From: Spirochaetales bacterium
Lineage (GTDB): Bacteria > Spirochaetota > Spirochaetia > JABEVK01
Length of the DNA: 64,000 nt
Reading direction: 5' to 3'
Assembly (NCBI GenBank): GCA_037142615.1
Contig: JBAXAI010000010.1
Span: forward strand, 1 to 64,000
Shown: positions 39,935 to 49,173 of the stretch, one piece after another
Numbering within the stretch: the first letter of the stretch is position 1
How the letters are laid out: the number at the start of each line of letters is the position of its first letter
Notes under the pieces: generated by a model
The model's input: the letters and a program-made list of their open reading frames with translations, nothing else
Database searches by the model: none
Told to the model about the DNA's origin: nothing
Translations under genes and position numbers: made by a program

Positions 39935-40993
39935 ATGGAACTAGGACTTTTCTCCTTTGGCGACTATTCGCCGGAACTCTTCGGTGACGACGCCGTGACC
40001 CCTGATCAGCGCGTGCGCAACCTCCTCGAAGAGATGGTACTCGCCGATCAGGTGGGCCTCGACTTTTTTGGACTGGGGGAGCACCACCGGCCAGACTTTT
40101 TGGTCAGCTCACCGGTAACGGTGCTCGCCGCCGCCGCCGTACTCACCAAGCGCATCCGCCTTTCGACCGCCGTGACCGTGATGAGCTCGGAAGACCCGGT
40201 GCGGGTGTTCCAGCAGTTTGCCACCCTCGACCAGCTTTCGAATGGCCGCGCCGAGATCATGGCGGGCCGGGGCAGCTTCATCGAAAGCTTCCCGTTGTTC
40301 GGGTACGACCTCGACGACTACGAAGAGCTGTTCACCGAAAAGCTCGACCTGCTGCTGGCGCTTACCAAGGGCGGCGAACACGTGCACTGGAAGGGCAGCG
40401 GCAAGTTCCGCGCTCCGCTCACCGGCCAGTCCATCCAGCCCCGCCCGGTGCAGAAGGAACTGCCGGTGATCATCGCCGTCGGTGGCAGTCCGGAATCGGC
40501 CGCCCGCGCAGGCACGCTGGGCCTTCCGCTGGCCATCGCCATCATCGGGGGCCAACCGGCGCGGTTCCAGCCGTTTGTCGACTACTACCGCGAAGCCGGA
40601 GCCAAGGCTGGGCACTCCCCCGACAAGCTGAAGGTGACCATCAACCAGCACGGTTTCTTGGCCGAAGACAGCCAGGCCGCCGCCGACCTCGTGTGGCCCA
40701 GCTATAAGCTCATGGTCGATAAGCTCGGCCGCGAGCGCGGTTGGCCGCCTCAGGGCCGCCCTCACTTTGAGCATGGGCGTGGCAAGTTTGGCCACCTGGT
40801 GGTCGGCAGCCCGCAAGAGGCCATCGACAAGATTTTGGCCGAGCACGAACTGTTCCACATGGACCGCTTCGCCATCCAGTTCACGGTGGGTGGCAGCCAC
40901 CACAAGGAAGTTCTGAAGTCGATCGAGCTGTTCGGCACGGTGGTGGCCCCGGCGGTGAAAAAGGCCCTGGGTACCGCACCGGTCGCGAAGTGA
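39935..40993 (+). CDS. LLM-class (luciferase-like) flavin-dependent oxidoreductase
   Basis: GLGEHHRPDF..SSP, DPVRVFQQFATLD.LS.GRAEIMAGRGSFIESFPLFG. Confidence 0.93.
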   Translation: MELGLFSFGDYSPELFGDDAVTPDQRVRNLLEEMVLADQVGLDFFGLGEHHRPDFLVSSPVTVLAAAAVLTKRIRLSTAVTVMSSEDPVRVFQQFATLDQLSNGRAEIMAGRGSFIESFPLFGYDLDDYEELFTEKLDLLLALTKGGEHVHWKGSGKFRAPLTGQSIQPRPVQKELPVIIAVGGSPESAARAGTLGLPLAIAIIGGQPARFQPFVDYYREAGAKAGHSPDKLKVTINQHGFLAEDSQAAADLVWPSYKLMVDKLGRERGWPPQGRPHFEHGRGKFGHLVVGSPQEAIDKILAEHELFHMDRFAIQFTVGGSHHKEVLKSIELFGTVVAPAVKKALGTAPVAK

Positions 40994-42039
40994 AACTGCT
41001 CGAGCCCTACCGACTGGGCGACCTGGACTTGCCCAACCGCGTGGTGATGGCCCCCATGACCCGCAACCGGGCCGTGGGCCAGGTGCAGCACCCGTGGGCC
41101 ATCGAGCACTACTCGGTGCGGGCGGCTGCGGGCTTAATCTTGAGTGAGTCGACGCAGGTTTCGGCCCGGGGCCAGGGCGCCTTCGACACGCCCGGCTTGC
41201 ACACCCCCGAGCAGACCGCCGCTTGGAAGGCCGTGGTCGACGCCGTTCACGCGGCCCAAGGTCCGGGGGCGGGCGGGCGGATCATGGCTCAACTGGGCCA
41301 CGCGGGGCGGCTGAGCCACTCCGACTACCAGGGTTTGCCACCGGTGGCCCCTTCGGCGGTCTTGCCTGCCGGTTTTGTGCGGACTCCTTTAGGCACCAAG
41401 AGTTATGAAGAGCCCTACGTTCCGACGGCAGCCGAAATCCCGGCGCTGGTCGAGGAGTTTGCCCACGCCGCCCGTTGTGCCCGTCAAGCGGGGTTCGACG
41501 GCGTTGAGTTGCACGGGGCCCACGGCTTTCTGCTCGACCAGTTTCTTCAAAGCGGCACCAACCAGCGGAGCGATGCCTACGGGGGCTCGGCCAAGAACCG
41601 CCGCCGGTTCGCGCTCGAAGTCGTCGAGGCCGTCAAGGGCGTGTGGCCGGCCGGCCGAATCGGGTTCACCGTCAGCCCCGGCGGCAACCACAAGGGCATT
41701 CACGACAGCGACCCGGTGACCACCTTCACCGAATTGGCCCAGGCTCTGTCGGCGGCCGGGCTGGGTTGGCTGCACGTGGCCAATCTGCCGTTGGGCGAGT
41801 TGTTCCCGAGCGAGTTCCTACGGCCGGTATTTCGGCGTACGTTGATTGTCAGCGAAGGCTACACCCGCGAAAGTGCGGAACTTGCAGTCACCCAGGGGAA
41901 CGCCGACTTGGTGGCTTTCGGCAAGGCGTTCACGGCCAATGCCGACTTGGTCGATAAGTTGCGGCGTGGTGATAGCCTCGAGCTGGCCGATCCCAAGACC
42001 TTCTACGCGGGCGGACGCACCGGGTACGTGGGCCCCTAG
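40990..42039 (+). CDS. Old yellow enzyme family alkene reductase (NemA-like)
   Basis: NRVVMAPMTR, QLGHAGR, AGFDGVELHGAHGFLLDQF, NQRSDAYGGS. Confidence 0.92.
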   Translation: MKLLEPYRLGDLDLPNRVVMAPMTRNRAVGQVQHPWAIEHYSVRAAAGLILSESTQVSARGQGAFDTPGLHTPEQTAAWKAVVDAVHAAQGPGAGGRIMAQLGHAGRLSHSDYQGLPPVAPSAVLPAGFVRTPLGTKSYEEPYVPTAAEIPALVEEFAHAARCARQAGFDGVELHGAHGFLLDQFLQSGTNQRSDAYGGSAKNRRRFALEVVEAVKGVWPAGRIGFTVSPGGNHKGIHDSDPVTTFTELAQALSAAGLGWLHVANLPLGELFPSEFLRPVFRRTLIVSEGYTRESAELAVTQGNADLVAFGKAFTANADLVDKLRRGDSLELADPKTFYAGGRTGYVGP

Positions 42040-42713
42040 GCCCAGTTCAGCGCCTCGTCGAGCGTGGCGCTGTCGAGCGAAGTCGAGACGGGGCGGTAGC
42101 CGATCATCGACCGCGCGTCGGCGGCCTGCCACAGTTGAAGGGTAAAGGTCAGGTCGGTGAGCACCTCTTCGGGCTTGAAGGCCCCCTTGCGGACCGGCTC
42201 GAAGTGCTGGAACAAGTTGATGCGAGAGCCCTCCTCGCGGGCAAAGAACAGGCCTCCCCACCCCAACTGGTAGGCCGCCTGAAACTTTTCGAGGGCAGCG
42301 TACACCTCACGGGTCTCTTCGACGACGCGCTGACGAAGGCCCGAGCGGCCGCGAGCCTCGAACCGACGCTCCACCTTGAGGTGGTTGACCGGAGTCGTCG
42401 TCACCAGAGTTCCGTCGAACTTGAGCTTGGGCGTTTCGGGTGGCTTGCTGCTCAAAGAAAGCAGGACGTGCCCGTCGGCGTCAAGGTAGTAGAGGTGGAG
42501 CTCGGCAAAGCCTTCGTAGCGGCGGGCCTCGGCGATGGCGACCTGAACTTCGGTCTTGAGAGCGCCCAAAGGATCCGAACCGGCAGGCGGACGACGGGTC
42601 AGCGAAAAGAAAAACAAAGACTTACCTTGAACCACCAACCCAGGTTGGTCGGCCAGATGGATGCCCTGGCGCTCCAACCCCTGGAGGCCGTAACGGGATG
42701 TCAGCGAACTCAT
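42036..42713 (-). CDS. Hypothetical protein
   Basis: Host-like codon usage, fills the gap between genes; no motif recognised. Confidence 0.6.
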   Translation of the reverse strand: MSSLTSRYGLQGLERQGIHLADQPGLVVQGKSLFFFSLTRRPPAGSDPLGALKTEVQVAIAEARRYEGFAELHLYYLDADGHVLLSLSSKPPETPKLKFDGTLVTTTPVNHLKVERRFEARGRSGLRQRVVEETREVYAALEKFQAAYQLGWGGLFFAREEGSRINLFQHFEPVRKGAFKPEEVLTDLTFTLQLWQAADARSMIGYRPVSTSLDSATLDEALNWA

Positions 42714-42749
42714 GCGGCTATTTTGGCACAACCGGCCCTAAAAAGCCAA

Positions 42750-43055
42750 CTATCCGTTCGAACTGCGGGAGCGCTCAAAGACGCCGATCTGGCGGTCCTC
42801 GTTCATGATGTGGAGCAGAAGCCACTCTTGGATGTAGTCGAGGATCAGGTAAGTCGCGGCTCCGTCGAGTTTGTCGAGGCGCTTGAGGAAGGCGGCGTGG
42901 TGGGCCAGGTGCTTCTGCAAAAGTTCGGCCGGATAGCCGATCGACCTCATGTAGGCCTCTTCGTCGGCAAAGTGCGTCACGGCGTAGCTGGCGAGTTCGC
43001 CCATCAGTCGCGGGGTATCGATCTGATGCTCGGGTACCGATTCCACGGCGTTCAT
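42750..43055 (-). CDS. Hemerythrin-like protein, short or N-terminally truncated
   Basis: HFADEE..M...YP....H..HH...EWLLLHIMNED. Confidence 0.75.
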   Translation of the reverse strand: MNAVESVPEHQIDTPRLMGELASYAVTHFADEEAYMRSIGYPAELLQKHLAHHAAFLKRLDKLDGAATYLILDYIQEWLLLHIMNEDRQIGVFERSRSSNG

Positions 43056-43106
43056 ACGCGTTAAGATCAATTCAGGCAAACAGCAAAGCTGGAGGTTCGA
43101 GGACTT

Positions 43107-44495
43107 TTACGCGAAGTTGGCGCTGTTTGCCGCTTCGTAGGGGAAGTCGAGCACGACCGTCGTCCCGTGGCTGCGTTCAAGCTGAAGGTTCGCTCGAAGG
43201 CCCTTGGCCAGCATGGCTACCAACGACAGGCCAAAACCGGTCGAATGTTCAAAGTCGACCCCTTCGGGAAACCCGACACCGTCGTCTGCCACCACCAAAC
43301 GGAGGTGATCGCCATCGGCCTTGAGCGTGACGCTGACTTTGCCGTAGGGTCGTCCGGCGAAGGCGTACTTGTGAACGTTGGTCAGCAGTTCGTTGACAAT
43401 GAGCCCCAGAGACTGCAGCCGCGACGCCGAAAGCGGCACGTCCTCGACCTCGACCGTAACGTTCTTGGTTTCTTCCACCGAGAAGTTGGCCAGGATCTCT
43501 TTGACCAACATCGGCAGGTAGCCCTTGGCCGACAATGCGCCAGGCTCGCCGGAGCGATACAGTTTGTCGTACAGCACCATCATCGCCATCAGGCGGCTTT
43601 CGGCGTCGCGCAGCGGCGGCTCAGCGGACGACCCTGCCACCGAATCAGCCTGCAACACCAGCAGGCCCTTGAGGACGGTCATATTGTTCTTGATGCGGTG
43701 GTGCACTTCGCGCAGGAGGGCATCCTGCGCATTGCGGCGCTCCGTCACGTCGACGAACGTCACTAAGACCTGTTGTTCCTGCCGGCTGCTGTTGTACTGG
43801 GGGATGGCATCGACACTGAGCCAACGGCGGCTTCGGGCAACCGGGTGGTAAACGCCCATGATGGTATTGAGTACGGGCGCGCCGGTGGCGAGGGCCACGG
43901 GAGCCGGATGCTGGGCGCCGGGAAACGGCGAACCGTCCTCGTGGATCACGTTCCACATCGGATCCACCGAGGTTCTTCCCAATACTTGGTCTTCCGAGAG
44001 ACCCAAGAGTTCGAGCGCAGTGGGGTTGGCCTGCAGGATTTCCACCGAGGAATTGTGCACCACCACGCCAACGTTCATGTCGTTGACCAGGGCGCGGAAC
44101 CGCTGTTCGCTGGCAACCAGCGCGGCCTCGGTCTTGACGCGCTCGGTGCAGTCGCGGGCAACGAGCTGAATGGCCGCCTTTCCGTCGAACTCGATCGGCA
44201 TGGTCTTGATTTCGACATGCAGTTCGTTGCCGCCAGGCAGGCGGATGCGTTCCCGAAGCAGCTCCGTGCTGCGTTGTTCCGTGGTCACCTGCGAGATGCG
44301 TTGTTTGACGCGCGAAAGGAAGTCTTTGGGGACAAAAGCGAGAATCGAACGACCCTCGAGTTCCGAACGGGTGCCCAAACCTGAGAGCCTCAGGGCCTCG
44401 TCGTTGGCATAGAGGATGGTCTGCCCGTCATGAACCAGAATGGCGTCGGGAAAGTCGGCCATGAGCTGATCATAGGTGTCATACGTGGTGCCCAT
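43107..44495 (-). CDS. Cytoplasmic PAS-PAS histidine kinase (HisKA_2 type)
   Basis: Two PAS/PAC domains, REVHHRIKNN, NELLTN..KYAF, DDGVG, GFGLSLV. Confidence 0.92.
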   Translation of the reverse strand: MGTTYDTYDQLMADFPDAILVHDGQTILYANDEALRLSGLGTRSELEGRSILAFVPKDFLSRVKQRISQVTTEQRSTELLRERIRLPGGNELHVEIKTMPIEFDGKAAIQLVARDCTERVKTEAALVASEQRFRALVNDMNVGVVVHNSSVEILQANPTALELLGLSEDQVLGRTSVDPMWNVIHEDGSPFPGAQHPAPVALATGAPVLNTIMGVYHPVARSRRWLSVDAIPQYNSSRQEQQVLVTFVDVTERRNAQDALLREVHHRIKNNMTVLKGLLVLQADSVAGSSAEPPLRDAESRLMAMMVLYDKLYRSGEPGALSAKGYLPMLVKEILANFSVEETKNVTVEVEDVPLSASRLQSLGLIVNELLTNVHKYAFAGRPYGKVSVTLKADGDHLRLVVADDGVGFPEGVDFEHSTGFGLSLVAMLAKGLRANLQLERSHGTTVVLDFPYEAANSANFA

Positions 44496-44577
44496 GCAAA
44501 GCCTCTCGCGCTTGAGTCAGCGTAAACCCCGTTGACTAAATCGGTCAAGCAGGGCATCGCCAGAGGGCTCGCAGGAA

Positions 44578-45789
44578 CTACTCCAGGAGAAACTTCACCA
44601 CGGACTGCCGGAAAATCCCGTCGACCACGCCATCGGGCGCGGGATCCAAGGTCAGCACATACTTGGGGTAGTTGTCGGTCAGCTGACGCAGGGGCCGGAA
44701 CTCACGCTCACGGATGGCGTCGTCGGCCAAAAGGTAGGCCACCTGCACATACAGCCGCTCCTCGCCCTTGGTGGCCACGAAGTCGATCTCGAGGTCACCC
44801 CACCGGCCCACCCATACCTGGTAGCCGCGCTTGCGGAGTTCCAAGTAGACCACGTTTTCAAGGTACCGCCCTATGTCGTTGTCACGGTAGCCAAAAAGTG
44901 CATGGCGCAGGCCGAGGTCGGCCAAGTAGTACTTCTCGAACGTCTCGAGCAGGCGTTTGCCCTGGAGGTCGTAGCGGGGAACTTTGTAAAAGACGAAAGC
45001 ACTTTGCAGAAAGGCGAGGTAGTTGTAGACGGTCTCGATGCCCAGGTTCCGCCGCTCGTTCTTGAAGAAGTCGGCGATGCTTCGTGCCGAGATGATGCTG
45101 CCGATGTTGTCGGCAACGTAGGCCAGGAGTTTTTGCAGCAGATGCACGTCGCGCACCTGGTGGCGCATCACGACGTCCTTCAGCACGACACTATCGAGGA
45201 CGGCCGAAAGGTACTGGCGGATCGAATCGGCGCTGAAGTCGAGCCGGTGCAGGCCTGGAAAGCCTCCGGTCTGCAGGAACTCGCCAAAGGCCTCGCTTGT
45301 TGGGCCCACGGGAGGACGGAACACAAGATACTCGCTGAACACAAGGGGGAAGATCGAGAACTCGACGTAACGACCGCTCAGTCGGCTGGCCAATTCGCCC
45401 GAAAGCAAGTCCGAGTTGGAGCCAGTCAGGTAGACATCGGCCACGCCATCCGACAGGAACGAGTTGATCGCTTTTTCCCACGAGGGGATTTCTTGCACCT
45501 CATCGAGGAACAGGTAGAGAGGAACGCCGAGAGCCCGGTACCGCTCCATGACAAAGGAGTGGAGCCGTCGGTAGTCGGTGTAGACGGCGTTCGACAGCGA
45601 CTCCATGTTCAAAAAGACAAGACGTTGCGGATCGACTCCACGCCGCACCAAGCGGTCAGCCACCAAGCGCAGCAGCGAGCTCTTGCCCGACCGGCGGATT
45701 CCGGTCAGCACCTTGATCACCGGCTTGTCGGCGAAGGTCAGCACCCAAGCTTCGTAGGCGTCGCGGACTAGGCTGATCTTGTCGTTCAT
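44578..45789 (-). CDS. AAA_14 ATPase with DUF4143
   Basis: GIRRSGKS, FLDEVQ, LTGSN, LSGR, KYYLADLG, LENVVYLEL, EIDFV...YVQV. Confidence 0.92.
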   Translation of the reverse strand: MNDKISLVRDAYEAWVLTFADKPVIKVLTGIRRSGKSSLLRLVADRLVRRGVDPQRLVFLNMESLSNAVYTDYRRLHSFVMERYRALGVPLYLFLDEVQEIPSWEKAINSFLSDGVADVYLTGSNSDLLSGELASRLSGRYVEFSIFPLVFSEYLVFRPPVGPTSEAFGEFLQTGGFPGLHRLDFSADSIRQYLSAVLDSVVLKDVVMRHQVRDVHLLQKLLAYVADNIGSIISARSIADFFKNERRNLGIETVYNYLAFLQSAFVFYKVPRYDLQGKRLLETFEKYYLADLGLRHALFGYRDNDIGRYLENVVYLELRKRGYQVWVGRWGDLEIDFVATKGEERLYVQVAYLLADDAIREREFRPLRQLTDNYPKYVLTLDPAPDGVVDGIFRQSVVKFLLE

Positions 45790-45844
45790 AGCAGACAAAT
45801 TACATACAATACATGTTTTTGTCTAGCACACCCGACAAATATAA

Positions 45845-47077
45845 TCACCCCCGGTCTACGAGCGAGTCGATGTCGTGCGCCGCCCGATGCAAGGCCCCCG
45901 CGACCGTGTCGGTGCCGAGGTAGGCCTCGCGCAAGGCCTCGGTCCAGCGAGCGGCCACCCTCCGGTAGTTCCGGGCGGGAGTCACGAGCACCTTCCCGCG
46001 CACTTGGGCCAGTTCGCGCGACACGGGCACAAAGTTGCCCCAGGCTTTGGTCAGGGTCTTGAACTCCGCCGAGTCCCAAACGCTGGCACGGGTCGGGTTC
46101 ATGTTCCCTTCGAACGCCGAGCGGAGCAAAAAGGGCGCGCCCGCGGCCCATTCCAGGAACTCCCAGGCGGCTGCCTTCTGCTTCGACTTCGCGTTCATCA
46201 CCAGCGACCACGTCCACTGGTTGGGGGTGCGTTCGCCCGTGGGTCCGGCCGGGGGAAGCGCGTAGCCGAGCGTTCCGACACGGGTGGAGAACTTCGGGTC
46301 CTCGAAGAACGCGACGTAGTGGTCCGAATCGACCAGCAGGCCGTACTGGCCGCGAGCCGCGTCGAGGGCCAGTTCGTACCAGCGCTGGTTGGTCCAGTCG
46401 GGGGGTCCACCAACGCGCAGGGCGTCGATGAAGTCCTCGGTGGCGTGGATTCCGGCCGCAGAATCGATGACACAACGGCCCGAAGCGTCGAAGTCGGTGG
46501 CCCCGTACGACCAGAACTGCGTGGCGTAGCCGGTGTACATGGTGTGCCAGATGTCGACCCCTCGCTGGCCAAAGCCGCGCACGCCCGCCGAAGAGGTGGC
46601 CGCGATCTTCTTGGCCACCGCGAAATAATCGTTCCAATTCTGCGGAACCTCCAGCCCCAGCCGACGGAGCTCTTCGGGCAAATACACCAGGTTGTACGAC
46701 TCGCAGTTGACCGGCAACGCGAGCAAGGGCCCACTACCCAACCGATCACCAAAATGCCCCGTCCAGCGGTTGGCGCGAAGGAGCGTGTCGAAGAAGTCCC
46801 CGAAGCGAAACTCCGCCGAGGCCCCGCCAAGGTACCCGTCAAGGGGCTCGACAAACCCGTCCTTCAGGTGCTCCCAGAGCAAGACAGGACCCGACATATA
46901 CACGTCGGCGGCGTCGGGGCCCTGCAGGTAACGGTGAATGTCGTTCGAGAAGTACTCGTCGGACGAAATGATCTGCGGTATCACGCGGTGGCCGGTTTGG
47001 GCTTCGAACTCAGCCAAGTGTGTCAGGACGCTCGAAACGTAGGCGTCCGTGTCGGGGGCAAAGAATCGGATGTTCAT
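45845..47077 (-). CDS. Family-1 sugar-binding protein with no apparent signal peptide
   Basis: SBP_bac_1-like motifs (ALPVNCE, VPQNWNDY, WSLVMNAKSKQKAAAWEFLEW); SD GGAGG before MNIRFFAP. Confidence 0.8.
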   Translation of the reverse strand: MNIRFFAPDTDAYVSSVLTHLAEFEAQTGHRVIPQIISSDEYFSNDIHRYLQGPDAADVYMSGPVLLWEHLKDGFVEPLDGYLGGASAEFRFGDFFDTLLRANRWTGHFGDRLGSGPLLALPVNCESYNLVYLPEELRRLGLEVPQNWNDYFAVAKKIAATSSAGVRGFGQRGVDIWHTMYTGYATQFWSYGATDFDASGRCVIDSAAGIHATEDFIDALRVGGPPDWTNQRWYELALDAARGQYGLLVDSDHYVAFFEDPKFSTRVGTLGYALPPAGPTGERTPNQWTWSLVMNAKSKQKAAAWEFLEWAAGAPFLLRSAFEGNMNPTRASVWDSAEFKTLTKAWGNFVPVSRELAQVRGKVLVTPARNYRRVAARWTEALREAYLGTDTVAGALHRAAHDIDSLVDRG

Positions 47078-47087
47078 GGTTCCTCCC

Positions 47088-47132
47088 AAAAAAAAGGGGC
47101 CCATCCCCAGGAAACTTCCCCAGGGATGGGCC
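47088..47132 (-). terminator. Rho-independent terminator after the rhamnose-binding-protein gene
   Basis: GGCCCATCCC...GGGATGGGCC stem followed on the minus strand by CC and T8. Confidence 0.8.
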
Positions 47133-47160
47133 AACACAGCGTCAAGCTGCGCAGTTCAGA

Positions 47161-48174
47161 CTAGTACACGGTCTTCCAGTCGGCAATGTTGGTCTTGTCG
47201 AACTTGAAGGGGTCTCCGAGCATGATCTGGGTGCCGTCGCCATCGGCGATGACCGTCTTGTCGCCGAGCTTGCCAGCGGTGACCATGTCGCCCACCTTGC
47301 CGGTGAAAGGACCCTTCACGAGAGCCTGAGCGGCAAAGCCGGCCAGGTAGCCCACGTCGAGGGGGTTCCACAGGTACATCCATTCGCAAGCGCCGCTTTC
47401 AATGTATTCGGCCATTTCCGAAGGCAGACCAAGACCGGTGACCTTCACCTTGCCAATCAGACCCTTGTCGGTGACGACCTTACCAGCGGCGGCAATGCCG
47501 ACCGTCGTGGGGCAAATCACGGCTTTCAGGTTGGGGAAGCTCTTGAGCAGGCCTTCCATTTCGCTGACGCTCTTGTCGCGAAGGTCGTCGCCATAAGCAA
47601 CCTTGACCAGCTTGACCTTGGCGTACTTGGGATCCTTCAGTTCTTCCTTCATCCACTCAATCCAGGCGTTCTGGTTGGTGGCCTGGCTGGTGGCCGACAA
47701 AACGGCGATTTCGCCTTCGCCGCCAATCATGTCGTAAGCAGCCTGAACTTCCACGCGGCCAATGCGTTCCGGGTCGGCCTGGTTGATGTGCACCATGCGA
47801 CTGGCGGCGTTGACGCCGGAGTCAGCCGAAAGCACCTTGATGCCGGCAGCCATGGCCTTCTTCAGGGCGGGTTCCAGCGCGTCTTTGTCGTTGCCGACGA
47901 TACAGATGGCGGCGACTTTCTGGGCAATCAGCTCTTCGATCATGGCGATCTGAGCCTCAGCGGTCGGCTGGTCGGGAGCCTTGAGAATGGCTTCGCCGCC
48001 AAACTCGGCCACGGCATTCTTGTAGCCTTCCATTTCCTTTTCACCGTACGGGTTCCCGGTGTTCTTAAAGATGATGGCGTACTTGGCCGGACCAGCGGGT
48101 GCCGCAGGAGCACACCCGACCAAGAACACCAGAGCAGCCATCGCAACAGCGATCAGTGGAATGAACTTCTTCAA
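47161..48174 (-). CDS. rhaS: Rhamnose ABC transporter substrate-binding lipoprotein
   Basis: Lipobox LVGC; KNTGNPY, SATSQATNQNAW, AYGDD, PTTVGI, GLGLPSEM, LWNP; TTG start after GGAGG. Confidence 0.88.
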   Translation of the reverse strand: MKKFIPLIAVAMAALVFLVGCAPAAPAGPAKYAIIFKNTGNPYGEKEMEGYKNAVAEFGGEAILKAPDQPTAEAQIAMIEELIAQKVAAICIVGNDKDALEPALKKAMAAGIKVLSADSGVNAASRMVHINQADPERIGRVEVQAAYDMIGGEGEIAVLSATSQATNQNAWIEWMKEELKDPKYAKVKLVKVAYGDDLRDKSVSEMEGLLKSFPNLKAVICPTTVGIAAAGKVVTDKGLIGKVKVTGLGLPSEMAEYIESGACEWMYLWNPLDVGYLAGFAAQALVKGPFTGKVGDMVTAGKLGDKTVIADGDGTQIMLGDPFKFDKTNIADWKTVY

Positions 48175-48205
48175 TTCATTTCCCTCCTTTCTTTCTTTCA
48201 TTGCC

Positions 48206-49171
48206 TCAAGGCAATTTCTTACGCGATAATACGTTGGGCATCATGACGGCGATGACCAACAACAGCCCGATAATGATCAGCAAAATCTGCGCAGGCACAT
48301 TGATCAGCCCTAGCCCATAGCGCAGATACCCCAACAGGAACACAGCCAAAACAGCCCCGATGATGCGCCCCTTGCCGCCCGAGGTGCTGATGCCGCCCAA
48401 CACAACCATGGTGATCACCTCGAGTTCGTAACCGGTGGCGACGTTGGGCCTCGTGCTCCCCATGCGGCTGGTGAGGAACAGGGCGGTCACACCCGACATA
48501 AACCCGGTGGCCGTAAACACCAGCATCCGGATGCGGTCGACTTTGATGCCCGAAAACCGGGCCGCCGTCTGGTTGCTTCCCATAGCATACACCCGGCGGC
48601 CGAAGGCCGTCTTGTGCAACACCCAGGCAAAAAGCACGGCGAAGATCACGAACAGGATGAGCATGAAGGGCACTTCGAACACGTAGCCCCACCCCAGGAA
48701 GGTAAACCACGACGGAAAGTGGCCCGAGGATTGGTTTTCGAGCAGGATGTAGGCGATGCCTCGGAAGATGATCATGGTGGCCAGTGTGACGATGACGGCC
48801 GACAATTCCTTGAACCGGGTGATGAGCCAGCCGTTGATGGCGCCACAGACGGTGCCGACCACCAGCGACAGCACGATGGCCAGCGGCATGGGCAGGCCGG
48901 CGTTGAAGGCAATGGCCATCATCACCGACGAAAGTGCCACGATCGACGCCACCGAAATGTCGATGTCGCCCAAGATGATGATGAACACCATCGGCAGCAC
49001 GATGAAAGCCTTGTCGAGAAAGGTCATGGTGACGTCGCGCAGGCCCACCGGGCTCAGGTAGTACGGCGACAGGAACGAGTTGACGACATTGACCAGCACG
49101 AACAGCAGAACGAGCATCCATTCCCACTGGAAGAAAAAGCGTTGGACGGAAAACGGGCGGGTGGCTTCCAT
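48206..49171 (-). CDS. rhaQ: Rhamnose ABC transporter permease
   Basis: DIDISVAS, GSTRPNVATGYELEVITMVVLGG. Confidence 0.85.
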   Translation of the reverse strand: MEATRPFSVQRFFFQWEWMLVLLFVLVNVVNSFLSPYYLSPVGLRDVTMTFLDKAFIVLPMVFIIILGDIDISVASIVALSSVMMAIAFNAGLPMPLAIVLSLVVGTVCGAINGWLITRFKELSAVIVTLATMIIFRGIAYILLENQSSGHFPSWFTFLGWGYVFEVPFMLILFVIFAVLFAWVLHKTAFGRRVYAMGSNQTAARFSGIKVDRIRMLVFTATGFMSGVTALFLTSRMGSTRPNVATGYELEVITMVVLGGISTSGGKGRIIGAVLAVFLLGYLRYGLGLINVPAQILLIIIGLLLVIAVMMPNVLSRKKLP

Positions 49172-49173
49172 GG

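Noticed and set aside
44578-45789. AAA_14/DUF4143 ATPase as a defence system
   Set aside because: A solitary member of a very common family, with no partner genes or island context here.
48171-48179. ATG-AAT-TGA minigene overlapping the TTG start of rhaS
   Set aside because: It could be chance or a small indel; the TTG gives a normal lipoprotein signal and nothing else supports a regulatory role.
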